Notes: generated from the sequence alone by a model not told the origin. A stretch of 50,256 nt of DNA from Taibaiella helva (GCA_040392235.1 JBEBWN010000001.1:1-50256); one strand, 5' to 3'; shown: positions 8,905 to 18,673, counted from the first letter of the stretch. Program-made: numbers and translations.

Positions 8905-10941
8905 CTATGTGGCCATTCCTTCTTGAGGCAAGGGCACTTCTATATAAACTGTCGTTCCTTGTTTATGATCCGACAATATTTCCACATGCCCCTTCATAGC
9001 ATGGATACGCTCCAATACGTTATGCAGCCCTACCCCTTTTGCCTGGCTCAAGTTAAAGCCACACCCGTCGTCTTCCACCGTAATTTCAATTAGATGAAGA
9101 TGAAAATTAACTTGTACCAATAAAGTGGACGCAAAAGCATGCTTCAACGCATTCTGCACCAATTCCTGTACAATGCGGTACAAGGACAATTCCGACACTT
9201 TATCGAGCGCTGCATTACCATTAGTCAAAAAATGCACATTCACAGAATGCTCACCGTCCATTTTGCTGCAAAAGTCGCTCAAGGCCTTAACCAGTCCGCC
9301 CTTCCACACCGTTTCTGGCATCAGGTTATGGGCAGTCATCCGCAGATCACGCATAGTTTCTTCCAGATAACGATATCCTTGTTCAAAGGATGCGCGGTCG
9401 AAGCGGCTGCCAGGTATTAGGAAGGAGCTGAAACGCATTTTCACCATAGTAAGCTGACTAATGATACCATCATGCAACTCGCGCGCCATTCTGCCCCGTT
9501 CCTTTTCTTCACCTTCCAGTATAGCCTTAAATACACTGATCTGCCTGTCTTTGGCAAAGTTGCTTCGCTTTACTTTGCCCAGTTTGTTTTTGTGGCGTTG
9601 GACAACAATAGCCACCAGTATAGTACAAGCAAACAGTAACAAGGCAGCGTATATAAAAAAGTTCTTCCGTTGTATCACACGCTCCTTTTCACTAAGTTGA
9701 AGTGACTGCCTTACCAACGCCCTGTCCTTTTCTGCGGTGCGGTATCTCGTTTCTATTTCATTAATACTTTTATGCTTTTCTTTATTCAATATAGTATCGT
9801 AGAGCTGATGGGCCAGGAACAAGTCATCGTAGGCCTGCCGGTATGCCCCTACAGACCGGTAGTACTGCGACCATTCCCTAAATGCCTGGTATTGCATACT
9901 TAGATCGTCACCAGCCAGGGCCAGACTGCGGCCAGTATACAGATATTGCCGGGCTTTAGTGAAAATACCTTTTCTGCGATACAATTCGCCCAGGGAAAGA
10001 TAGAGGTAGGTACGCAGACGGTATTCGTCAATACCATTCTGAATAGATAAATCGATGGCTTTATTAAACAAGACCAGAGCGCTGTCGTAGTGCTCCAAGG
10101 AATGATGTAAGGATCCCCTTATCGTCAAAGCATGGATATAGCCTCGCTTGTCCTCTATTTTCAGATTCAGCGCAAGCGCCTTGTTGCTATAGGCAAGCGC
10201 CTGATCCAACTCACGGATGTCTTTGTAAAAATTGACCAAGTTGCTGTATATTGTAGCCAGGAGAGCCGTATCTTGCATACGGACAGCTACCAGCTCTGCC
10301 TCCTTGAGGTACTGCATGGCTTTTGCCGACTCGCCGGATATTTTCAACAATGTACCGGCACTCGTGTACACTGTAGCAAGAGACAGGGAATCCAGGTGAC
10401 TTCCCTTACGGTTAATGTGGCGTATAGCCGAATCCAACAAGGCGTAGCCCCTAACATACTGCCCCTGGTAAACAGCAACTTTCGCCAGGTTTATGTACAA
10501 TGCAGACAATAACCTTCCCTTCCGGGGATAGAAGGGACTATACAGTACTTCCTCAAACATGCGCTTACTATGCCGGTAATCACCTTTATCAATGTATAAA
10601 ATACCTAAGCCAATAAGCGACAAATCAGCACCATACACGAAAGCATTGGTCCTGGACTCTCTGAAGGCCTCCTGGTAGAGCTGCAAAGCTGAGTCCGGAT
10701 GATTGTTAACGAGCGAACGGGCCAGCTTTATCTTTTTCATAATAGCCGTGGTATCCCGGCCCAATAAATAATCAATGGATATCTTTGGCTCAACCGGGAT
10801 AGTCGTTTCCTGGGCAGCAGTGTATTGCCCGCCAAATAGTAAGAGCCTCAACAGGAGCAAAAAAAGAGAACGGCTCCTCATTACAAGGACAACCGGCGCC
10901 ATGCGCCCTTTGTTCCGGTTAAATACTCTGTCCTTTTTCAC
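8905..10941 (-). CDS. TPR-repeat sensor histidine kinase (HisKA_3 + HATPase_c), HK-2, a close paralog of HK-1; start may be 10902 or 10881
   Basis: H-box ERGRMARELHDG, QELVQNALKHA, EDDGCGF, GVGLHNV. Shares ETRYRTAEKDR and YRLxTxLYLSLGEL with HK-1. Confidence 0.92.
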   Translation of the reverse strand: MKKDRVFNRNKGRMAPVVLVMRSRSLFLLLLRLLLFGGQYTAAQETTIPVEPKISIDYLLGRDTTAIMKKIKLARSLVNNHPDSALQLYQEAFRESRTNAFVYGADLSLIGLGILYIDKGDYRHSKRMFEEVLYSPFYPRKGRLLSALYINLAKVAVYQGQYVRGYALLDSAIRHINRKGSHLDSLSLATVYTSAGTLLKISGESAKAMQYLKEAELVAVRMQDTALLATIYSNLVNFYKDIRELDQALAYSNKALALNLKIEDKRGYIHALTIRGSLHHSLEHYDSALVLFNKAIDLSIQNGIDEYRLRTYLYLSLGELYRRKGIFTKARQYLYTGRSLALAGDDLSMQYQAFREWSQYYRSVGAYRQAYDDLFLAHQLYDTILNKEKHKSINEIETRYRTAEKDRALVRQSLQLSEKERVIQRKNFFIYAALLLFACTILVAIVVQRHKNKLGKVKRSNFAKDRQISVFKAILEGEEKERGRMARELHDGIISQLTMVKMRFSSFLIPGSRFDRASFEQGYRYLEETMRDLRMTAHNLMPETVWKGGLVKALSDFCSKMDGEHSVNVHFLTNGNAALDKVSELSLYRIVQELVQNALKHAFASTLLVQVNFHLHLIEITVEDDGCGFNLSQAKGVGLHNVLERIHAMKGHVEILSDHKQGTTVYIEVPLPQEGMAT

Positions 10942-11035
10942 CTGGTTGCATTACAGAATAATACTGAGAACGGAGGAATTATACATTCCTACCTCCCCAA
11001 AATTTACCGGATAAAACTACAGATTAAATACGGGT

Positions 11036-11062
11036 AAAAAAAAATGCCGTGTGAACCGGCAT
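11036..11062 (-). terminator. Probable intrinsic terminator of the PKD/T9SS gene
   Basis: Stem ATGCCG (11044-11049) / CGGCAT (11057-11062), followed on the minus strand by a run of about 9 T. Confidence 0.6.
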
Positions 11063-11111
11063 AAACAGTTGCTATTTTTGTTATTTATGGCGGGACAGAC
11101 CGGTTGCGGTA

Positions 11112-13724
11112 TTAACGCAATACGGTTACATTACCCTGGTAACGTTCTCTTTTCCCTCCCGTTTCTAAATCGACCAGATAGGTGTACACGCCTTCGGGTA
11201 AAGCACTGCCTCCATATTGTCCGTCCCAGCCCCGGCCGTCGGTATGATTTGTTTCGAAAACCACGTTACCCCAGCGATCCAACACCTGCATGCGAAAAGA
11301 AGTAACCTGCTTAGCCAATAGTTGACGGGGAAAGAAGTAGTCGTTGATACCATCGCCATTAGGGGTGAAGGCGTTGGGCATATCTATATGGCAGCCCGGG
11401 ATAACAGCAACCGATTCACTATTATGGCAGCCCAGGAAGCCGGATACCATGGTCAGGGTATATACTCCCGGATGTACAGCTCTAAACACCTCAGTAGTAT
11501 CTCCCGTATTCCAGAAGCTGTAAAAACTTTCCCCGGATGCAGATCCATTTGCCCGGTTACGCAGATCGATAGGCACACCTCTCCAGCACAAAACGGAGTC
11601 TACACCGAGATTCACTACAGGCAAGCTCTGTACATATACTCTTGCCTTTGCCGAGGTATCAGGACAAGCCCGAAAACGGGTTAACAATTGTACACGGATC
11701 AGCCCGCCGCTTTCAAATGCATGTCGGATGCCCTGGACACCATCAACACTGATAAACATATCATCTCCGAAATGCCAAAGCCGCGAAACAATTGCCGGGT
11801 GATCTGCCGGTGCAGAAAAAAATACACTTTCCCCGGCACAAATGCTATCCTTATCCGCTCTGAAGTTAGAGGCCATTCGCGGATCAACCACAACCTCCAT
11901 GGTCAGGGTATCGGTGCAAACGGCACCTTGCCCCCTCAATTGCACTGTATAAGCCCCACTGTCCTGATAAACATGTCGCGGATCGCGCAACGCAGATACA
12001 GAATGGTCACCAAAATCCCATGAAAATCGAGCATAGTCCGGATCGGAAGTATTTTTAAATACAAGTTCCGCTCCCTGACAAGTAATACTATCGGTTGTAA
12101 ATGACAATTTATGCATTTCAGACCGAATCTCCAACACTAAAGTAGTATCACACTCTGCAGTGCTAACGCTTAGCATATAGTTTCCCGGGGGAACATTTAT
12201 CAGTGAATCAGTATCGGATAATAAATTATGGTCTTTATCGTACCAGCGGTAGCGATACATCACCGTATCGTCATCGTAAGTGCTGGCCCAGGCTGCTCCA
12301 TTTGCCTGGCTGCCGCAACTGTTGCGGGTATCTATATGCGGCAATACCCCGTTGGAGAAAGACACTCTAAAACTATCGGCGTGCCAGGTACAAGGCGCCG
12401 TATAATATCTGGCCCAATACACGCCAGGCCGCTCTACTTTAAGCTCGGTTCCACGAGCGCCAGTATTCCATTCATAATCCCAACCGTCTTGGTGGCTGAT
12501 TTCCAACCGCTCAAAAGAGGCAAAGCATGCCGCTTCAACCTCGTATGCTGCCTTAGCGGTATCCTTTTTCATAGCGGCCACGGCATTCGTAAAGGCAAAA
12601 CTTACACCTGTTCCCGGCGCCAGTAAAAAACCACCGGGATTGTACCGGCATGCAGGCATCTGCAAATTGGGCTCATTAATTACATTTAGGGCGTTTTGGC
12701 GGCTGCTACCATACACCCTGCCATCCGGGCCCAGTTTAAAGGACCAGTTGTCCGGGTTATTCAAAGGTTTGCGCGAAGCCGTCATCGTAGCCGAGTCGCC
12801 AGAACTAAGGTCATATTGAAAGGAATACGGCACACCGACAACCACGGGGCCAAAGGATACGTATAATTTAGAATTATCAGGAGAAAAACAGGTATTATAA
12901 GCCCACACTACGGCCGAATAAGCTGGCGCCAGCGCCAGCCGCCCTACGGCCCTTCCGGTAACCGGATCAAAATCATAGATACCCACGCCCCAACGTGCAA
13001 TAGCCAGTGTACGCCGGTCGGACGAAGCCACAATATTACCGAACGCAGCATTCTGGTTAACGTCCAGAAGCGGAGAAAGCACGGGAACCGGGCTGATGCC
13101 ATTATCATCTATACTATACGCCTTCAGTTCGTTCTTTACCCTGTTAATGGCCAGGAGCCAAACGTTACAGCGATCGCCCACCACCGCAGTCAGGGCTTCG
13201 GTATGTCCCTTATCTACCAGGATACTTTTCCGGACCGGATCAATATCCCCCAGCCCGCCATTCCGGTCCATGTCTACAACACTGTAATACATCCGCCCCA
13301 GGCCATTATCTGTAATGCCCAGTTCTACACAGGTCATAGAAAACACGTAGTATTTCCTTCCGTCTCCGGGCATAGGCACAATTAATGCACCTTGGGTAGT
13401 ACTTGAGGCATAATCGGGCGGCTGCCCCCCGGGCAAGGGTAAAGGAGGAAGAATCGGATCGCTGATAATGCCTTCGCCTCCCGGCATAATATTACCGTTG
13501 CCGTCCCAGACTTTATAACCATTCGTATAGAACAATAACCGGCCATTATTATCACAGACAGCAGCATTGCCTTCTCCATATCCGGATATGGCTGTTTTGA
13601 CCGGCATCGCCATATTATTGAAATCAATACCGGCGTTATCTCCAAATGCCCAAATGTTTTCATATTGTGCATATGTGCCCGTACAGATAAGCCAAAAGAA
13701 AAGTAACAAGGAAACATATTTCAT
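11112..13724 (-). CDS. Secreted protein with a beta-propeller-like N-terminal domain, PKD repeats and a gliding-motility-associated (CHU_C, T9SS type B) C-terminal domain
   Basis: Signal peptide MKYVSLLLFFWLICTGTYAQ; PKD motifs WDFGD...PRHVYQDSGAYTVQL and WHFGD; C-terminus PNAFTPNGDGINDYF...DRWGNVVF...GWDG...LPEGVYTY...GNVTVLR. ATG at 13724 preferred over TTG at 13730. Confidence 0.88.
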   Translation of the reverse strand: MKYVSLLLFFWLICTGTYAQYENIWAFGDNAGIDFNNMAMPVKTAISGYGEGNAAVCDNNGRLLFYTNGYKVWDGNGNIMPGGEGIISDPILPPLPLPGGQPPDYASSTTQGALIVPMPGDGRKYYVFSMTCVELGITDNGLGRMYYSVVDMDRNGGLGDIDPVRKSILVDKGHTEALTAVVGDRCNVWLLAINRVKNELKAYSIDDNGISPVPVLSPLLDVNQNAAFGNIVASSDRRTLAIARWGVGIYDFDPVTGRAVGRLALAPAYSAVVWAYNTCFSPDNSKLYVSFGPVVVGVPYSFQYDLSSGDSATMTASRKPLNNPDNWSFKLGPDGRVYGSSRQNALNVINEPNLQMPACRYNPGGFLLAPGTGVSFAFTNAVAAMKKDTAKAAYEVEAACFASFERLEISHQDGWDYEWNTGARGTELKVERPGVYWARYYTAPCTWHADSFRVSFSNGVLPHIDTRNSCGSQANGAAWASTYDDDTVMYRYRWYDKDHNLLSDTDSLINVPPGNYMLSVSTAECDTTLVLEIRSEMHKLSFTTDSITCQGAELVFKNTSDPDYARFSWDFGDHSVSALRDPRHVYQDSGAYTVQLRGQGAVCTDTLTMEVVVDPRMASNFRADKDSICAGESVFFSAPADHPAIVSRLWHFGDDMFISVDGVQGIRHAFESGGLIRVQLLTRFRACPDTSAKARVYVQSLPVVNLGVDSVLCWRGVPIDLRNRANGSASGESFYSFWNTGDTTEVFRAVHPGVYTLTMVSGFLGCHNSESVAVIPGCHIDMPNAFTPNGDGINDYFFPRQLLAKQVTSFRMQVLDRWGNVVFETNHTDGRGWDGQYGGSALPEGVYTYLVDLETGGKRERYQGNVTVLR

Positions 13725-13850
13725 AAACAAGACCCGGGATCACGATAATATACTTATTAAAAAATGTTCTGCAACCGTCATTGTCCTACCTTGGACAAGT
13801 GCATTGCGTCCACATGGATTAGTGCCTCGGACATAACTCATCACCGGGCT

Positions 13851-14441
13851 TCAGCGCAGTAAGGCACCCGATACATCAATAATAACTTCTTTAAAATACA
13901 TATTACCGATATAAGACGGAATATGGATTTTATACCGGGTCGGCTCAACAGTCATTTTTGCCGATACTGTCAGCTGGCCGTCCTTTACAATCAGGCTGCC
14001 CGCAGCCGTAACCTCCTGTTGCACACCATGGATCGTTACGATACCTTTTGTTTGAATAGGATAGATTCCATCCTGTTTGAAGTTAAGGGCGGCTTTGTTC
14101 GTAATCATTGCCTGATAGGTCACCTTAGGATGCAGGTCGCTTTCCATATAGTATTGATTGAACCGGTCATAAATCAGGTCATTCATTGTTTCTGAAACAA
14201 AATTATTGGAGAACCGAAAACTTTTTACAGGAACTTCAAGGTTTAGCCGACCGGTCTCTGTGTCCAGTGACACCTTAACCTCGTTGCTTTGTCCTGTAAT
14301 GGTTTTGGCCGGAGCTGTAACGGAGAACGATCCACTTCCTTTTTTCATTTCGTAATGCTCCGCATGCAGGGTGAACGATAATAGTAAAAAAAAGGTGAAC
14401 GCAGTAATCAGTAACTTATTATTTAAAGATAAAGTATGCAT
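13851..14441 (-). CDS. YceI-family (lipid/polyisoprenoid-binding) periplasmic protein
   Basis: Signal peptide and YceI-like motifs VPVKSFRF, FNQYYMESDLHPKVTY, GIVTIHGVQQEV, YKIHIP. Confidence 0.8.
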   Translation of the reverse strand: MHTLSLNNKLLITAFTFFLLLSFTLHAEHYEMKKGSGSFSVTAPAKTITGQSNEVKVSLDTETGRLNLEVPVKSFRFSNNFVSETMNDLIYDRFNQYYMESDLHPKVTYQAMITNKAALNFKQDGIYPIQTKGIVTIHGVQQEVTAAGSLIVKDGQLTVSAKMTVEPTRYKIHIPSYIGNMYFKEVIIDVSGALLR

Positions 14442-14477
14442 AGTTTTTAAATTTTAAGATGGTTAATATCACCCAGC

Positions 14478-16415
14478 TCAATGTAGTTTTATAAATTTTT
14501 CTACCTTAATCAACATCCCGTACTGGTCTGTCACCCGCAGTAAATACACTCCATCTGCCAGGTCATCTACAGAAAGGGTTTGCGCATGCTGCCATTTTCG
14601 GACAACAGCGCCCGTTACGCTGACCAGGGTTACGTCTACATCAATGGGAGTATTAACATGAATCACGCTTTGTGCAGGATTGGGATAGATATAGATTTCC
14701 CGGGCGGTCTCCCGCTGCGTTATCCCGACATTAGTGACCTGGTAGACTTCGGAGGTGTCCGTACAACCATACTCGTCACTTACGATAACCCGGTAGGCAC
14801 CGTTTTCAGAAACCACATATATACTATCAGTAGCACCAGGAATCAAGGCTCCATTAAACAACCATTGATAGGTTTTATAAGACTCCGTAGTACCCAACTC
14901 AAAAACGTGGACATTAATTACCGGGTTTAGTTCCGGAATGTGAACAGCAAAAGTATCTACACCAAAATGGCAACCATCGTTGTACTGTACCCAATAACGG
15001 CCTGATGCCCTGGCTTCTCTGACAGTATCCGTAGTATTATCGTCCCAAAGATATGAGGTGTAGGCTGCAGGAGATTTTAATACAATAGAAGCGCAAACTG
15101 TAGTATCCGCCATCAGGCGGAATACGGTATCCATAGGTAAGGGATAAACAACATCTACACCCAACGCCATGTTCCAGCCACCTGTACTGGCTATGTTGAA
15201 GCTGTCTATTTCAACATAAGGCTCTGCACGAAAATTACAAGAGCCTCCCTTTTGATCAGGAGCAGCTATGTATTGTAAATTGCTCATAATAATGGTATCT
15301 TTCCAACGTCGCATGCCCAGGAATTGGTCGTCGGGATCGTAGGTCTGGACAAGATATTTTGAGGCTCTTACTGCTGGCTGCGTCTGTTCCCGGACATCAT
15401 ATTGCCACAGTACTGTAGGACCTTCTCCTCCGGCCGAATCAGCACTGATACCCTGAACATACAATTTTGAGTTATCGGGTGAAAAACAAGTGCTATACGA
15501 TGCTATCGAATCGCTCACTTTTATTCCATTACTCAACTGTCCTGTTTCCGGATCGAATTTAGCCAATAACACGCCGCCCAACGAGGGAACCAAGCCTAAT
15601 GCCATGCAACTCATACTATAACTAGTAATGGCTATCATACTCCTGTCGGGAGATACGGACATGGATCCGAGCTCGAAAGCCGCCATAGCACCGCCCATAG
15701 CACTACCAGGTGAAGAGATAACTGGCTCAATCGCAACACCCTCCCGAGTTATATGAAATGCTTTAAAAATGGTATCGTGATGCGGATGTACAAACAACCA
15801 GACGTCACAGTTACTTCCCGGCACTACAACCATACTTTCCTGCAAGGGACCTTTGTCTAAGGTAATATTCTTTACGACAACATCGCCCAAACCTCCGTTA
15901 AGATTCATATCTACAATAGAATAAGATAGCCCCGACATCGTATCGGTGCTGAAATTGAAATTGCGCAGGGAAAAAAGATAATACTTTCCCGGGCTATCAA
16001 TAACAGGCACAATGGCGGCACCCTGGTTGGTGCTGGAACTGTAGCCGCTACTTCCCAAAAGGTTACTGCCATTGGGCATGAGCTGAAAGTTCCGATTCCA
16101 GCAATACTCGCCGTTAGTACAGAATAAAAGAGCGCCATTGGATGTATCTTATACAGCGGAATAGTGCTCGCCACCCCGTCCAATTGTTGGAAATATGGCT
16201 TTAGGCAGCCCACTTGTAAAATCGATGCCGGTACCATAAGGATAGGGTTCCGGAAAAATCCAGTGGCTATTAGCTTTTATAAATTCCGGCCTTTCTGTGA
16301 ATTGCTGAGCATAGTTCCGGTTGACCAATAAGGATAATACCAGGAGCAGGTATGACCTCAAGCCAATTTTCCGCACACTACCGCTTTGGGAAAAGGATAA
16401 ACATTTGTTCTTCAT
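14478..16415 (-). pseudogene. T9SS type A sorting-domain protein interrupted by one in-frame TAA (16149-16151); joins ORFs 16149..16436 and 14478..16079
   Basis: Both ORFs are in the same frame. Reading through gives ...EHYSAV*DTSNGALLFCTNGEYCWNRNFQLMPNG..., which aligns with EGNAAVCDNNGRLLFYTNGYKVWDGNGNIMPGG of the neighbouring paralog. The C-terminus IYIYPNPA...GAVV...LSVDDLADGVYLLRV...KFIKLH is a type A CTD. Confidence 0.85.
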
Positions 16416-16529
16416 CGACAATGTATTTAAATTCAACGATTAAGCCATTCAGGGCCTTTAAGTCACATAAAAATAAGTATAATGCAATATTATTTAAAGT
16501 ACCAGGGTTAAGCAATAGGGGAACTATTC

Positions 16530-16555
16530 GATTTTGAAATCGAGTAGTTTGTACA
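16530..16555 (+). repeat. 26-bp direct repeat, copy 1 (GATTTTGAAATCGAGTAGTTTGTACA)
   Basis: Exact match to 19387-19412. Imperfect similarity extends about 17 bp upstream (CAATAGGGGAACTATTC vs CAATGGGAACACTT). Confidence 0.9.
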
Positions 16556-16563
16556 TACCTTTA
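16533..16563 (+). promoter_or_regulatory. Putative Bacteroidota housekeeping promoter for HK-3
   Basis: TTTG (16533-16536), a 19-nt spacer, then TACCTTTA (16556-16563; one mismatch to TAnnTTTG), ending 10 nt before the ATG at 16574. Confidence 0.5.
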
Positions 16564-16573
16564 TCTGGACGAT

Positions 16574-18583
16574 ATGAACATGTTGAAACCGTACAACCAC
16601 CTTTTACTCCTAACAGGCATTTTATACCTGCTTATTAGCTGTCAACACCGACAGGATGCGAAAAAAGAGGTTGCACCGGCAGGCGATACCCAGAGAGAAT
16701 ACATCCGGCTTTCGACCGGCACATGGCCCGGCAGTAAAGATACCGCAGGCGTTAACATACTTATCCGTAACGGCAATGCGCTATTTCCAGACAGTATCGA
16801 TAAAGCTATCGGATATTATAAGCAGGCCTTAAGATTGGCTCAACAAACTCATTTCAGAGAAGGTATTGCACTGGCCTCTAACAACCTGGTTTGTTGTTAT
16901 GAGCAGAAAAAAGAACCGGAACAGGTAATGTTATACCAGGACTGTTTTCGCCAGTCTCTGACTCATATTCCCAGTCCGGTCTTTAACCGTTCCAGCAAGG
17001 GACACCGCAAATTATTGTTGGAGAAGTATAATTATTGGGCAAACGACTTATATCAGTCCGGGCACCCGGACTCGGCAGCTAAAATTTACTTCAAAACATT
17101 GAAGTTAGCCGGGCGCGACGATTCCGTTACCTACAGCCAACTGGCTACATCCTATATGGGGCTGGGTGCATTAATAAGCCAGGTAAGTTATTGGGAAAGT
17201 GCTACTCTTTATTTTAACCATGCCGAACAGCTGGCCCGTAAATATAAAGATACCGGACTCCTGTTAACCGTCGTGACGAACAAGGCCTGCATGTACCAGG
17301 ATAGAAAGGACTATGAAAAGGCCTTAGCCATCGCTTTACCCGCATTGACAATTGCAGAAAAACATAAATGGTATTATGGTAACCTCACACATACAATCGC
17401 CGCCTGCCTTTTAGGGCAGAAAAAACCTGCTGAAGCGCTACCTTATAGTCTTCTGACACTTGAAAAAGCCAAGACCAGCGGCAGCAACGAAAACCTGATC
17501 CCGGCATATTATGTATTAGGGTTCAACTATGTTCAGTTAAAACAGTATAAAAAGGCTGAACAGGCCCTACGTAAGGGCCTCACTATCGCAGATAAAACCG
17601 GATACCGGCAAAATATTACAAATGCCCTGGGACAGATCAGCGTTGCTTATGCCAGGTTGGGCGATTTTGAAAAAGCTTATTTATACAGATCAGGATACTC
17701 CTCATTACGGGACAGTTTATATGGTAAAGAAAATGCAACGCGCATTGCTGAAATCAATGCAAAATACCAGGTAGCGCAAAAGGATAAGCTGCTGGCTAAT
17801 AAGGATAAGGAACTGGCATTAAAGCGGCTGCAGATAGCCCAGCAACAAAAACGCCAATACCTGTGGATCGGCGGAACATTACTGCTCGTTCTTTCCATTA
17901 TCGGCATTTTACGTAACCGGCGCAACAAAATAGCGATTGCCAAACTGAAAGCCACCCTAGAAGGAGAAGAGAAGGAGCGTGGCCGCATTGCCCGTGAATT
18001 GCATGATGGTATTGTCAGCAGACTGTCTATGGTCAAAATGAATTTCAGCGCTTTGCCACAACAATACCGGGATCTCAATGAGCGCGATGAATTCCGGGAT
18101 GCCGTTAACCAATTGGAGCAAAGTATTACCGAGTTGCGTACCACCTCGCACAATCTGTTGCCGGAATCCCTGGAACGACTGGGGCTTATCGACTCTTTGC
18201 ATATTTATTGCGACCGGATCAGCAAAACAACCAGCCTGGACATTGCCTTCCAGGTGGTAGGTACGCTTCCCAGATTAACCGGTGACTTCCAGCTGAATGT
18301 CTACCGGATCATCCAGGAGTTCGTTAATAATATTATGAAACATACACAAGCCAGCCATGCGCTGATACAGTTTCATATTGAAGAGAACGAGCTATCCATT
18401 ACTATCGATGATAACGGTGCCGTAAAGACATCTTCATCAGATCCGGCAGAGTATACCGGAATAGGCTTGTACAATCTGAAGAATCGCATTCAAATGCTGC
18501 ACGGCAGCCTGGAAATAGAAACCGGCGAGGGCACTTCGGTTTATATAGTGTTTAACCTGCACAAATTTATTCCGAGCCCCTAA
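16574..18583 (+). CDS. TPR-repeat sensor histidine kinase (HisKA_3 + HATPase_c), HK-3, with a lipoprotein-like signal
   Basis: Lipobox-like LLISC (Cys23), TPR helices, TM (YLWIGGTLLLVLSIIGIL), H-box ERGRIARELHDG, N-box QEFVNNIMKH, G2 GIGLYNL. G1 box is atypical (DDNGAV). Confidence 0.9.
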   Translation: MNMLKPYNHLLLLTGILYLLISCQHRQDAKKEVAPAGDTQREYIRLSTGTWPGSKDTAGVNILIRNGNALFPDSIDKAIGYYKQALRLAQQTHFREGIALASNNLVCCYEQKKEPEQVMLYQDCFRQSLTHIPSPVFNRSSKGHRKLLLEKYNYWANDLYQSGHPDSAAKIYFKTLKLAGRDDSVTYSQLATSYMGLGALISQVSYWESATLYFNHAEQLARKYKDTGLLLTVVTNKACMYQDRKDYEKALAIALPALTIAEKHKWYYGNLTHTIAACLLGQKKPAEALPYSLLTLEKAKTSGSNENLIPAYYVLGFNYVQLKQYKKAEQALRKGLTIADKTGYRQNITNALGQISVAYARLGDFEKAYLYRSGYSSLRDSLYGKENATRIAEINAKYQVAQKDKLLANKDKELALKRLQIAQQQKRQYLWIGGTLLLVLSIIGILRNRRNKIAIAKLKATLEGEEKERGRIARELHDGIVSRLSMVKMNFSALPQQYRDLNERDEFRDAVNQLEQSITELRTTSHNLLPESLERLGLIDSLHIYCDRISKTTSLDIAFQVVGTLPRLTGDFQLNVYRIIQEFVNNIMKHTQASHALIQFHIEENELSITIDDNGAVKTSSSDPAEYTGIGLYNLKNRIQMLHGSLEIETGEGTSVYIVFNLHKFIPSP

Positions 18584-18622
18584 CTCAAAAAATGCGGTAC
18601 TCCGGCCTTAAACAATAGGCAG

Positions 18623-18630
18623 TATATTTG
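18623..18630 (+). promoter_or_regulatory. -7 promoter element upstream of RR-B
   Basis: TATATTTG is a perfect TAnnTTTG, 43 nt upstream of the ATG at 18674. Confidence 0.6.
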
Positions 18631-18673
18631 CGCATAAGCGATAAGACCGCGATACAGACAAAACGGAATTTCC

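Noticed and set aside
16149-16151. Programmed readthrough or recoding (Sec/Pyl or alternative genetic code) of the internal stop
   Set aside because: The codon is TAA, not TGA or TAG, and TAA terminates many normal genes in this window.
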